Assembly (NCBI GenBank): GCA_047601445.1
Contig: JASGJH010000001.1
Location: forward strand, 8,608,001 to 8,672,000
Reading direction: 5' to 3'
DNA: 64,000 bases
Source of the DNA: Myxococcales bacterium
GTDB lineage: Bacteria > Myxococcota_A > Polyangia > Polyangiales > DASUME01
Positions 49,941-59,637 of this stretch are shown in pieces. The position numbers and the translations under genes are program-made. Under the pieces are notes generated by a model, which made no database searches, was not told the DNA's origin, and was given only the letters and a program-made list of their open reading frames with translations. Each line of letters begins with the position of its first letter. The stretch's first letter is position 1.

Positions 49941-52900
49941 ATGGCGCTGATTTCCCGCATGTTTCCCGCACCTGGCGAGCATCTTCTGCGTTTCGTGGGA
50001 GACCGCCTGCGGGTCACACTCGACGTGCACCAGGGCATCCCACCCAAGGCGCGCGCGTTCTTGCGCACGAACCTCACGCGCGCCCATGAAGCGCGGCGTG
50101 AAGTGATCGCCGAGTCCGGCCTGCGCTCGGAAGACTCGCTCACCTTTGCGGGCGCATCGTGGCGCGACATTCCGCTCCGGCAGCAAGGCGAGACGCGCTT
50201 CGTCATCGACCTGCCGCTGCTGGAGGTCGGGCAGTTTCGCTGCAAGGCGTACTGGGTGGACGAGGCGCTGCGGCAGTTTTGGCCCGAGGGTGGCGATGTG
50301 GGCATTACCGTGCACCCGGACCATCTCCGCACGGGCAACCTGATCTACTGCGCCTTCCCGCGCGCCTTTGCGCGAGGCGATGGCGCGAGCACGCCGGCCA
50401 GCCTCCAGTCCGCCATCGAGCAGCTCGATCAGCGCGGCTTCACCGTGATTCCGCCCTCCGGAACTCTGCGCAACCTGACCCGCGAACTGCCGCACATTTT
50501 CGATACCCTGGGCTGTCGCATCCTGCATTTGTTGCCCGTTGGGCCGGTGCCCACCACCTACGCGCGCATGGGACGCTTCGGCAGCCCCTATGCCCAGCTG
50601 GATCTCACGGGCATCGATCCCGCGCTCGTGGAGTTCGACAAGAAGACCACCGCGGTGGACCAGTTTCGCGAGCTGACCGACGCGGTGCATCTGCGTGATG
50701 GGCTCGTGATCCTCGACATCGTGCTCAACCACACGGGCTGGGGCTCCACCTTGCTCGACAATCACTCCCAGTGGTTCCAGCGCGACGCCTCCGGGGAGTT
50801 CCACAGTCCCGGTGCTTGGGGCAACACCTGGGCCGATCTGGTCGAGCTCGACCAAAAGCACCCCGAGCTGTGGGACGTGCTGGCGGATGCCCTGTTGGTG
50901 TGGTGTCGACGCGGGGTGGACGGCTTCCGCTGCGACGCCGGCTACATGGTGCCGCTGCCGGCCTGGCAATACATCGTGGCGCGCGTGCGCGACGAGTTCC
51001 CCGAATGCGTGTTCTTGCTCGAGGGACTCGGTGGGGCCTGGGCGGCCACCGAGGCGCTCTTGACGCGCGGCGGAATGCAATGGGCCTACTCCGAATTGTT
51101 CCAGTGCTATGAGCCCGTGCACGTCGCGCACTACCTGGATCATGCGCTCGCTCAGAGTGAGCGCATCGGCGTGCTGACCCACTACAGCGAGACCCACGAC
51201 AACGATCGCCTCGCCAAAAAGGGCCCGGTCTGGTCCTTGATGCGCAACCGCTTGAGCGCGCTGGCCAGCCACTGTGGTTCCTTCGGCTTCACGTGCGGCG
51301 TCGAGTGGTTGAGCACGCAGAAGATCGACGTCCACGAGGGACACTCGCTTTCATGGGGCCAGACACCCAATTTGGTGCAGGAGCTGAGGCGCTTGAACGC
51401 GCTGTTGCGGGAGCATCCTTGCTTCTTCGATGGCGCCAGCGTGCGGCGGGTGAGCGCCGAAGAATCGCCTGTGCTGGCGTTGCAGCGCACCTCGAGTGAG
51501 GGCAGCGATGCCTGCCTGGTGCTGGTGAATCTGGACGCCGAACGTGATCAGGCGCTGGTGCTCGAGGGCAATGTCTGGAAGCAGGGCGGCGAGAAGCACT
51601 GCGACCTATTGGGGCAGACGCCTCCGGCTCCGGAGTGGCTTGCGGAGGGGCGGGTGCGGCTCTCGCTGCAGGCCGGTCAGTCGTTCTGTCTGTCTTCTCA
51701 TGCGTCGCCGCGCGGGCTGTCCGGCGATCACTACCGCACGCGTCGCGCGCAGGCGGCCTGGGCATACACGCAGCTTGGTACACGCTGGCCCCACGAGGCC
51801 CTCGGCCCGGCCGACTTCATCGCGCTCGGTGGCCTGGCCGCCGAGGATCCAGAGGCATTCCTGGCCGCCACGTTCGCGCTGGACGCGTCAGCGGCCGGCA
51901 AAGACTTGCTCGCGGCCCTCGAGCAGGCGCGTCGTGCCGTGGCCTATCGTCCGGTGATCCAGGTGCGCGTCGAGGACGCACGCCGCATCACCCTGGTGCC
52001 GCCCGAACATTGGCTCCTGGTGCGCGACGCGCAGCCCTTCGAGATCGAGCTCGCCGAGCCTTCCGGCATGCTGCATCTGCGCTCGGTGGCGATGGACGAA
52101 GGGCACGTGGTGGCGGTGCCGCCCCGCGATGGCGCCTCGGAGCGTGACGTGTCGCTGCGCATCGATCGCTTCGGTGAGCTCGGACCGTCGATCGAGACGC
52201 GCCTGCGCAGGCTCGCGCACGACCCCGCCTACCGCCGCAGTGCGCGGGAGGGCCTGGTGCTCCTGACCAACGGGCGCGGCGCCATGGCGCGCATGCACGC
52301 CGACTTCGGCGCCAGCTTGAGCAAGTACGACTGCTTGCTCGGCGCCAACCTCGACCCGCAGGTGCCCACCGAGCGCTGGGTGCTGGTCAAGCGCGCGCGC
52401 GCCTGGGTGAACGCGGACGGCTTCATCACCGCGCTCGACGCACAAAACCTCAGCAGTCTCGAGGCCGGCACCCCAGCCACGTGGACCTTCTTGGCCAACG
52501 CGGGGGCTGGACGTCGCGTGGGCATCCGCGTGACCGCCGAATTCGCGGGCGAGACCAACTGCGTGCTCCTGCGGCTCGAGCGCTTCACGTCCGCGGCAGG
52601 TGAGCTGCCTCGCGAGGCGCGCGTGCACGTGACTTTGCGCTTCGATCTCGAAGATCGCTCCATGCACGGAGAGACCGTGGCCAACCCGGAGCTCGAGGCG
52701 CACTTCGCGCGCAGCACGTCGCTGCTCGCGTCCGGGCAGGGCTTTGCATTCAAGCCGGCGCCCGAGCGAGAGGTGCGCGTGTCCGCCACGGCAGGCAGCT
52801 ATCACGCGGGCATCGAGTGGACCTACGGCATCGTGCACGCGGTGGAAGAGAACCGCGGCATGGCCGCGCGTGGAGACGCCTACAGCCCCGGTTGGTTCGA

Positions 52901-54230
52901 GATCCCCCTCACTAGCGGCAGCGCCGTGACGCTGCGCGTGGATGCCGAGCCAGGGGGCGTGGAGGTCGACTCGGAGCGGCTTCCTGCTCCGACTGTGTCC
53001 GACGACGACCGTCGCGTGACCCATCCGTTCGAAGAGGCTTTGCGTGAAGCTGCGCGCGCCTTCGTGGTGCGGCGCGGCACGGGCAAGACCGTGATCGCCG
53101 GCTATCCGTGGTTTCTGGACTGGGGCCGCGACACGCTGATCGCAGCGCGTGGGCTGTTGCGCGCCGGCTACATCGACGACGTGCGCGAGATTCTGCTCAC
53201 GTTCGCCGAGTTCGAGCGCGCGGGCACGCTACCCAATTACCTGGCCGGCGCGGGCGAAGGCAGCCGCGAGACTTCGGACGCGCCGATGTGGTTCGGACTG
53301 GCGTGTGAAGAGCTCGCCAGCATCGTGGGCCAAGACGTGTACCAGGCCAAGACGGACAGTGGTCGTACGCTCGGCGCCGTCCTGAGCTCCATGGCGGAGG
53401 GTTACCTGCGCGGCACCTCCAATGGCGTGCACGTCGACCTCGAGTCCGGCCTGGTCTGGAGTCCACCGCACTTCACCTGGATGGACACCAACTATCCCGC
53501 GGCGACCCCGCGTGAGGGCTATCCCATCGAGCTCAGCGTGATGTTCGCGCGTCTGTTGCGGCAGGTGGGGCGCATCGACGCCGAAAAGCGTGCGCCCTTC
53601 GAGCTGATGGCGGTGCGCACCGAAGCATCCCTGGCCAGCTTTTATCGCCCTGAGCTCGGCTTCTGTTCGGACACGCTGCATGCTGCCTCGGGCACTCCCG
53701 CACGCGCTGCGCGCCCGGACGATCACCTGCGACCCAACCAGTTGATCGCGGTCAGCCTCGGCGTGCTCAAGGGCGCGCAGGCACGCAGCATCGTGCAAGC
53801 GGTCGAACGCTATCTGCTCGTACCCGGCGCGCTGCGCAGCCTGGCTCCGCTTCCAGTCAGCTTCGCCTTGCCCGTACGCAGCCACGAAGGACGCTCCCTC
53901 AACGACGCCGCCAATCCCTACTGGGGCCACTACGAAGGCGACGAAGACACGCGACGCAAGCCCGCCTACCACAACGGTACCGCCTGGGGCTGGTGGCTGC
54001 CCACCTACTGCGAGGCGCTCGCGCTTGCCTACGACATGGAACCACGCGCGGTCGACGCAGCGCGCGCCGTGCTCGGTTCCACCGCGCGCCTGTTGAGCGA
54101 GGGCTGCCTCGGTCAGCTCCCCGAGATCCTCGACGGCGACGCACCCCACACGCAGCGCGGCTGCGACGCGCAAGCCTGGAGCGCCACCGAAGCGCTCCGT
54201 GTGTGGCTAATGCTGGAGAGCGCGCGGTAG
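49941..54230 (+). CDS. Fused GH13 alpha-amylase-family domain + amylo-alpha-1,6-glucosidase (glycogen debranching enzyme)
   Basis: GH13 motifs DIVLNHT, DGFRCDAG, FLLEG, ETHDN; GDE N-terminal LTNGRG; C-terminal IAGYPWFLDWGRDT, TWMDT, RPNQ, YHNGTAW, QAWS. Confidence 0.93.
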   Translation: MALISRMFPAPGEHLLRFVGDRLRVTLDVHQGIPPKARAFLRTNLTRAHEARREVIAESGLRSEDSLTFAGASWRDIPLRQQGETRFVIDLPLLEVGQFRCKAYWVDEALRQFWPEGGDVGITVHPDHLRTGNLIYCAFPRAFARGDGASTPASLQSAIEQLDQRGFTVIPPSGTLRNLTRELPHIFDTLGCRILHLLPVGPVPTTYARMGRFGSPYAQLDLTGIDPALVEFDKKTTAVDQFRELTDAVHLRDGLVILDIVLNHTGWGSTLLDNHSQWFQRDASGEFHSPGAWGNTWADLVELDQKHPELWDVLADALLVWCRRGVDGFRCDAGYMVPLPAWQYIVARVRDEFPECVFLLEGLGGAWAATEALLTRGGMQWAYSELFQCYEPVHVAHYLDHALAQSERIGVLTHYSETHDNDRLAKKGPVWSLMRNRLSALASHCGSFGFTCGVEWLSTQKIDVHEGHSLSWGQTPNLVQELRRLNALLREHPCFFDGASVRRVSAEESPVLALQRTSSEGSDACLVLVNLDAERDQALVLEGNVWKQGGEKHCDLLGQTPPAPEWLAEGRVRLSLQAGQSFCLSSHASPRGLSGDHYRTRRAQAAWAYTQLGTRWPHEALGPADFIALGGLAAEDPEAFLAATFALDASAAGKDLLAALEQARRAVAYRPVIQVRVEDARRITLVPPEHWLLVRDAQPFEIELAEPSGMLHLRSVAMDEGHVVAVPPRDGASERDVSLRIDRFGELGPSIETRLRRLAHDPAYRRSAREGLVLLTNGRGAMARMHADFGASLSKYDCLLGANLDPQVPTERWVLVKRARAWVNADGFITALDAQNLSSLEAGTPATWTFLANAGAGRRVGIRVTAEFAGETNCVLLRLERFTSAAGELPREARVHVTLRFDLEDRSMHGETVANPELEAHFARSTSLLASGQGFAFKPAPEREVRVSATAGSYHAGIEWTYGIVHAVEENRGMAARGDAYSPGWFEIPLTSGSAVTLRVDAEPGGVEVDSERLPAPTVSDDDRRVTHPFEEALREAARAFVVRRGTGKTVIAGYPWFLDWGRDTLIAARGLLRAGYIDDVREILLTFAEFERAGTLPNYLAGAGEGSRETSDAPMWFGLACEELASIVGQDVYQAKTDSGRTLGAVLSSMAEGYLRGTSNGVHVDLESGLVWSPPHFTWMDTNYPAATPREGYPIELSVMFARLLRQVGRIDAEKRAPFELMAVRTEASLASFYRPELGFCSDTLHAASGTPARAARPDDHLRPNQLIAVSLGVLKGAQARSIVQAVERYLLVPGALRSLAPLPVSFALPVRSHEGRSLNDAANPYWGHYEGDEDTRRKPAYHNGTAWGWWLPTYCEALALAYDMEPRAVDAARAVLGSTARLLSEGCLGQLPEILDGDAPHTQRGCDAQAWSATEALRVWLMLESAR

Positions 54231-54240
54231 GCGTCGCGAA

Positions 54241-54723
54241 CTAGTTACAGACCCAGGTTGCGACGTAGCAGTTGCAGCGATAGCTCCCGTTGGTCCCGTA
54301 GAGGCAGGTCACCGCCTGATCCTTGATGCAGGGCGTGATCTCGATCTTGTTGGGCGCCACGGCGGGGCAGCCGGGTGCATTGCTCGGGGAAGGATCGCGG
54401 TTGTTGGGATCGACCGGATCGGTCGTGGTGCCGCCATCGTTGGTGGGCGTCGATACGTCACCGTCGCCGCCGGTTGGCGCATCGCCATCACCGACCGGGG
54501 CATCGCCGTCGCCATCGCCGTCGCCCGTGGGGTCAGGCGGATTCTTGTCCGGATCCTCCATGTCGGGATCGTCGTGCTTCGAGCCTGCGTCGTGGCCATG
54601 GCCGTGCAGGGCCGACCCCTTGTTGCCCTCACCGAGACCGATGTCGGGCAGCTCGTGCCGCGCACAGCTCGCGAGAGCTGCGAGCAAGGTCAGGAGGACA
54701 GGGCGTAGGTACGAAGAGCGCAC
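54241..54723 (-). CDS. Lipoprotein with GD repeats and Cys-rich C-terminus
   Basis: LLAALASC lipobox; TGDGDGDGDAPVGDGD; C-terminal six Cys (CPAVAP..PC..TCLY..RCNC..WVC). Confidence 0.78.
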   Translation of the reverse strand: MRSSYLRPVLLTLLAALASCARHELPDIGLGEGNKGSALHGHGHDAGSKHDDPDMEDPDKNPPDPTGDGDGDGDAPVGDGDAPTGGDGDVSTPTNDGGTTTDPVDPNNRDPSPSNAPGCPAVAPNKIEITPCIKDQAVTCLYGTNGSYRCNCYVATWVCN

Positions 54724-55679
54724 CTGGTAAGGCTATCCGAGTTTTCGTCTCCGCGCATAGAGCGAGTTTGCTCACCAGTTGGGCGCGATATCGAAAGCCG
54801 GAGCTAGAAGGAGGGACCACACGGCGCAGCTCACACACACACAGGGTGCTCACTTGCTTGGTTGCTTGCTTGGCTGCTTGGTTGGCGGGCATGCGGGCCG
54901 CGCCGTGCAGGTCACCTGGTATGCAAGGTAGGTCGGCGCAAGGCTCTTCAACAATGACCTGCTGTTCAGAAACCGTGACCGTTTCGACACCGGTCACCCG
55001 AAACGGTGTGGCCAGAGGGTGAAGCAGATGCGTGAGCTCGAGGTGGAGATCCGTGCGGGAAAGCGTGAGGTTTCGCGCTCGAACAATCGGGGTGAATTTG
55101 TACGGCTTCCTACGACTGATGCGCGGGCGTGTCTTATGGCGTCAACAGAGGAGCCGTTCTGTTGGTCTGATCGTCGCAGGCTCGATCGGACATCAATCGC
55201 GGGCGTGGCAGCACGCGTAGTTCTCACCTGACGGTCTGTTCGGCGCGCGTCGCGTCGCTGCTGCGCAGCAGACCCGCGAGAGCCCGGCACCCGCGTAGAC
55301 GTTGGACGCTTTGAATCGTGCGGCGGCGGGCCTCGAGGCCAGCTGCGCTTGAGCGTGCCGAGCGAGCCGATGACGCGTACGGCACCCGCCGCCGCTGCCG
55401 AGGACGCACGAGCTCCCCGGCGACCGATCCCACGAAAAAGTTCAGGCTCCGAAAGCCGGCGATCGCGTGGATGAGCACGGGCGAATGGGGGGCTGCGAAT
55501 CAACGTCCCGGGAGGTTCCTCCAGGCCGCTCGATTGGCCGTTCTCGCCACCAAAATGCGCTGCGTCGCTTACAGCCTGAGCTGCAGGTTTGCAGTGCTGC
55601 AACAAAGGCACAATCTTGGCTTCTCGAGTCAAAAGCTTTCGCGTTCCGGTCACTCCTTACAAGAGGGGAAACCAGCAGC

Positions 55680-57797
55680 ATGCACCCCATGCGTCTTTAC
55701 CTTGTTCAAGCTTGTATGTTGGCCGCCGCACTGAGTGTCAGCGCGTGTGGCAAGGACCCCGCTCCCACCCCTGGGGTCGGGGACGGCGACACCGGGGACG
55801 GTGACGGCGATGGGGACGGCGACGGTGATGGGGATGGCGACACAGGCGACGGCGACGGAGATGGCGATGCGCCCCCGATCCTTCCGCCCACCTCGACCCC
55901 GTTCGAGGCCGACCGCACCGGCGAGTCCGGGCTAGACAAGGCGACGATCGATGCCCTGAAGGCGGGCGGCAAGTCCTGTACGTCCGGGGTCGTCTACCCC
56001 TACGAGAACACGGTGTTCCCCGGCGGCCTGCTGGCTCCCCCGATCATGTGGACGGGCGGCGCGGACGCGGCCTACGTGAAGGTGGCCTACAACGGCGTCG
56101 ACACGGTGAAGTATGAGTACGCCGCCAAGTCGACGGGCGAACTCACGATCCCGGTCGCCGACTGGTACGAGATCACGCGCCGCAGCCAGAACACGGTGCT
56201 CGGTGTGACCCTGAACGTGAAGAAGGGCTCCGCAGTGAGCACCTGCCAGCTCACCTGGCGCGTCGCCCCCGGCAACATGGTGGGCTCGATTTACTACAAC
56301 ACGTACAACGCCAAGGAGACGGCTGGCATCGGCGCCATCATGCGCCTCACGATGGGCAAGGCGAAGGCTGATGTGTATTCGACCATCGCTGGCGCAGCCC
56401 CCATCGGCCCGTGTCGCTCGTGTCACTCCGTGTCGGTCGACGGCTCTACGATGGTCGCCTCCGACCACGCCTATTCTCCCGGAGGCGGAAGCTTCGCGGT
56501 CAACAGCTTCAAGATCACCCAGGCCTTGCAGCCCGCGAATCCGGTCGCGTTGAAGGACGCCACCTTCGCGGCCTTGACCCCCAATGGCAAGAAGCTGTTG
56601 CAGATGGGTAATCCCCAGTGCACGTCGGGCGCCAACACCTTTCCGCGCGCCCCGAACAACTTCATGCTCAACATCGGCCCGTCCGTTGCGTCCCTCATCG
56701 ATACGGCGACGGGGAAGGCCATCACGGCCCAGGGCCTCGACAAGAACAACTATATGTGGATGCCGCAGTTCTCCCCGGACGGGAAGAAGGTGGTCTTCAA
56801 TTACGCCAAGCCGGGCACCGACGGAAAGACCGACCGCTTCGAGCTTGCAACCATGACGTTCGACGACAAGACGAACACCTTTGGCAACCTCAAGGTGATC
56901 GTGAAGAAGGACGTCGCGGGCATCACGTTCCACGATTATGTGCCGGCCGCTCCCGTGGGTGGCATCGCCGGTCCCATCGATCCGCTCGGTGTTGGTTGCT
57001 CGCCCGGCCTCAGCGGCGACGACGCCCTTGCTCACATCCCCGGCGGTTCCTGCAGCGGTCCTTGCTACCCGGCATGGCCCTTCTTCACGCCTGACGGCAA
57101 CGGCGTCATCTACTCGAAGATCAGCGAGCCCGACTTCGCCGTGGCCTTCCCGGGTCGCGACACGGCCTCCAAGAGCGAGCTCTGGTACGTCGACCTGAAC
57201 ACGGGCGAACAGGTCAAGCTGGCCAACGCCAACAAGGGCGGCGCCGGCGACGCCACCGACATCAACTACTACCCGACCGTGCTCCCCATCCAGGTGGGCG
57301 GTTACTACTGGCTCGTGTGGACCTCGACCCGCAAGTGGGGTACCCGCACGACGGAGGCCAAGCCCGAGGACACGGCGGCTTACGAGCTCTTCTTCGGTCC
57401 GACGGCCCGCGAAGCCTTCAAGAAGCGCCTCTGGGTCGCGGCCATCAAGCCCCGCATCAACGAGGGTGGCGAGTTCAACACGGACAAGCTCGAGGACCCG
57501 AGCTACCCGCCCTTCTACCTCGACGGTCAGAGCGCCACCGGCAACGTGCGTGCGTTCGCGGCCCTCAATCCCTGCAAGAAGACCGGCACGGGCGACGACA
57601 GCAAGTGCACCAGCGGTATCGATTGCTGCTCCGGCTACTGCAACGTGAAGGACGGCGAGACCGAGGGCCTTTGCGTGGATGAGGTCATGTGCGCAGACCT
57701 CAATGGCAAGTGCACGAAGGACGACGACTGCTGCGCGGACGACAAGGGCGACCCCTACATCTGCGTCGGTGGTTACTGCGGCTTCATCGTGCAGTGA
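55680..57797 (+). CDS. Lipoprotein with GD-repeat linker, TolB/PD40-like beta-propeller, CxxCH motif and Cys-rich tail
   Basis: RBS GAGG; LSVSAC lipobox; (GD)n at ~55780-55870; CRSCH; PQFSPDGKKVVF and PFFTPDGNGVIY repeats; C-terminal CTSGIDCCSGYC..CTKDDDCC. Confidence 0.88.
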   Translation: MHPMRLYLVQACMLAAALSVSACGKDPAPTPGVGDGDTGDGDGDGDGDGDGDGDTGDGDGDGDAPPILPPTSTPFEADRTGESGLDKATIDALKAGGKSCTSGVVYPYENTVFPGGLLAPPIMWTGGADAAYVKVAYNGVDTVKYEYAAKSTGELTIPVADWYEITRRSQNTVLGVTLNVKKGSAVSTCQLTWRVAPGNMVGSIYYNTYNAKETAGIGAIMRLTMGKAKADVYSTIAGAAPIGPCRSCHSVSVDGSTMVASDHAYSPGGGSFAVNSFKITQALQPANPVALKDATFAALTPNGKKLLQMGNPQCTSGANTFPRAPNNFMLNIGPSVASLIDTATGKAITAQGLDKNNYMWMPQFSPDGKKVVFNYAKPGTDGKTDRFELATMTFDDKTNTFGNLKVIVKKDVAGITFHDYVPAAPVGGIAGPIDPLGVGCSPGLSGDDALAHIPGGSCSGPCYPAWPFFTPDGNGVIYSKISEPDFAVAFPGRDTASKSELWYVDLNTGEQVKLANANKGGAGDATDINYYPTVLPIQVGGYYWLVWTSTRKWGTRTTEAKPEDTAAYELFFGPTAREAFKKRLWVAAIKPRINEGGEFNTDKLEDPSYPPFYLDGQSATGNVRAFAALNPCKKTGTGDDSKCTSGIDCCSGYCNVKDGETEGLCVDEVMCADLNGKCTKDDDCCADDKGDPYICVGGYCGFIVQ

Positions 57798-57809
57798 GTC
57801 GTTTCCTAC

Positions 57810-57890
57810 GGGGAGGTCACGCGACCTCCCCGCCCATCGCGGCAAAGCCGCGATGGGACCCACCCCTCCGCGAGGTTCGCTTCGCTCACG
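57810..57890. repeat. Adjacent perfect hairpins (REP-like element)
   Basis: GGGGAGGTC-ACGC-GACCTCCCC (57810-57831), then CCCATCGCGGC-AAA-GCCGCGATGGG (57833-57857). Confidence 0.65.
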
Positions 57891-58013
57891 ATGCTCCCTA
57901 GCGTCCTAGCGGCCCCTCCCCGGGCCCCTGGACTCGGACTCCGACTGCGATGCGTGCGTCCCGGCGCGAGCTGAGCCAAGATGGCTCCCGCAGCTCGCAA
58001 GGCCAACGGGGAC

Positions 58014-58379
58014 ATGGTGTCGACGCAGCAGTTGGTAAAGCGGATCCTGGTGGTGGAAGACGACGAGGACTCGGCCGAGCTGTTGGCCGAGACGCTCCAA
58101 GTCCGAGGCCATCGTGTAGCCGTCGCCCATAGCGGCGCCGACGGGCTCGAGCTGGCGAGCCGCTTCGAGCCCGAGGTGGTGTTCCTCGATCTCGGCCTGC
58201 CCGACATGGACGGGGTGGACCTCTGCCCACGCCTACGGGCCCTGCCCACCCCGCCGGGGCGCCTGGTGGCGCTCACGGGTTACGGGGGTGACCAGGCTCA
58301 GCTCTTGGCGGCGGGCTTCGATCGGTGTTTGCTCAAGCCTGCCGCGGCCGAGGCCCTGCTGGCGGCGTTGGAGGACTAG
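58014..58379 (+). CDS. Single-domain response regulator (receiver)
   Basis: ILVVEDD, VFLDLGLPDMDG, VALTGYG, LLKP; start may be 57981. Confidence 0.88.
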   Translation: MVSTQQLVKRILVVEDDEDSAELLAETLQVRGHRVAVAHSGADGLELASRFEPEVVFLDLGLPDMDGVDLCPRLRALPTPPGRLVALTGYGGDQAQLLAAGFDRCLLKPAAAEALLAALED

Positions 58380-58381
58380 GC

Positions 58382-59260
58382 ATGGCGATCCTGAGCGAGC
58401 TGTTGTCCAACATCCCGCTCTTCTCGTTGCTCGACGACGCGGAGCGCGGCGCCCTCGCGGCGCGCATCGACGAGGTCACGGCCGAGGCGGGCACCACCCT
58501 GTTTCACGCGGGCGACCCCGGGGACGCCATGTACGTGGTGCTCGATGGCGAAGTCGAGATCTACTTCAAGAACACCACGGGTGAGCGCATTTTGCTGGAA
58601 CGAGCCAAGTGCGGTGACTTCTTCGGCGAGCTTTCGTTGCTCGACGAGGGGCCCCGCACGGCCTCGGCTCTAGTCAAAGAGCGCATGCGCGCGTTGTTGA
58701 TCGATCGCGAGGACCTCGAGAGCTTCCTCGCCAGTTGTCCGCGCGCCACCATGAGTCTGATGACCGCCATGGGCCGCCGCCTGCGGGAGAGCACCGGCCT
58801 CCTGCGCGGCTCGGCCTCGCGCAACGTCAACGTGGAGACCGAGGACAAGCGCACGCGGGTGCAGCGAGCCGCCGATTGGATCAGCGACTTCAGTGGCAGT
58901 CTCGAGTTCCTGTTCCTGCACATCGCCCTATTCGCGGTCTGGATCGTGCTCAACGTGGCGCCGCTCGATCACTCTCTCGCGGGTGGTTTCGATCCGTTCC
59001 CATTCGGCCTGCTCACGATGTGCGTGTCCCTGGAGGCGATCATCCTCTCGGTGTTCGTACTCTTGAGTCAGAACCGCCAGGTGGCGCGCGATCGCGTGCG
59101 CAACGACATCGAGTACGAGGTTAACCTCAAGGCCGAGCTCGAGGTGGCCCAGCTCCACGAGAAGGTCGACCGCTTCTACGAAGAGGTGGCGCGCCGGCTG
59201 GATCGCATGGAGCGTGGCGGGCGCCACTCCATCACCAACACGCCCCGCTCCGCCGAGTAG
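58382..59260 (+). CDS. cNMP-binding domain + DUF1003 membrane protein
   Basis: IPLFSLL..LFHAGDPGDAMYVV..FFGELSLLDEGPRTA; FDPFPFGLLTMCVSLEAIILSVFVLLSQNRQ. Confidence 0.9.
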   Translation: MAILSELLSNIPLFSLLDDAERGALAARIDEVTAEAGTTLFHAGDPGDAMYVVLDGEVEIYFKNTTGERILLERAKCGDFFGELSLLDEGPRTASALVKERMRALLIDREDLESFLASCPRATMSLMTAMGRRLRESTGLLRGSASRNVNVETEDKRTRVQRAADWISDFSGSLEFLFLHIALFAVWIVLNVAPLDHSLAGGFDPFPFGLLTMCVSLEAIILSVFVLLSQNRQVARDRVRNDIEYEVNLKAELEVAQLHEKVDRFYEEVARRLDRMERGGRHSITNTPRSAE

Positions 59261-59549
59261 GCGGCCCAGCCGAGGGATCGATGTTGACGCGGCTGACCAC
59301 GGGCCACGGGCTGGTGGCCCATGTTGGCCCGTACCCCGGAGCCGTCGTGGGCGACCCAGGACCGGGCACGGTGGCGCAATCGCCGCTCTCGCGCTGCCAT
59401 CTTGTCCCCAAGCGAGCGTGCCATTCCGGGCCCCCTGAGGCGTTCTGCCCAGGATGTTTACTCAAACGGGTGCCTAACAAAGCGCGATCGAGGGCCAAAG
59501 TTGACCAAATTGTCCGCTATTTGGGGCGCCAGGGGAGGCTAGAAGCTTT

Positions 59550-59565
59550 CGGCACGTAGCTTGCT
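59550..59565 (+). promoter_or_regulatory. sigma54 (-24/-12) promoter
   Basis: CGGCACGTAGCTTGCT matches YGGCACG-N4-TTGC. Confidence 0.7.
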
Positions 59566-59637
59566 TTGACTCGGCAGCGACCGGACGTCCGGACTCTCCA
59601 AGTTCGCGTCCCCAAGACTCTGCCGACGAGGTGCTGC

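Noticed and set aside
54629..55231. Small ORFs 54629-54997 (-) and 55019-55231 (+)
   Set aside because: Atypical codon usage, no clear RBS, no recognisable motifs; the first overlaps a better-supported gene.
55355..55460. Hammerhead-like ribozyme (CCGATGA...GAAA)
   Set aside because: Core is not CUGANGA and the required stems do not flank the GAAA.
55780..55870. GGCGAC/GGTGAC tandem repeats as a non-coding repeat array
   Set aside because: They encode the in-frame Gly-Asp linker of the lipoprotein.
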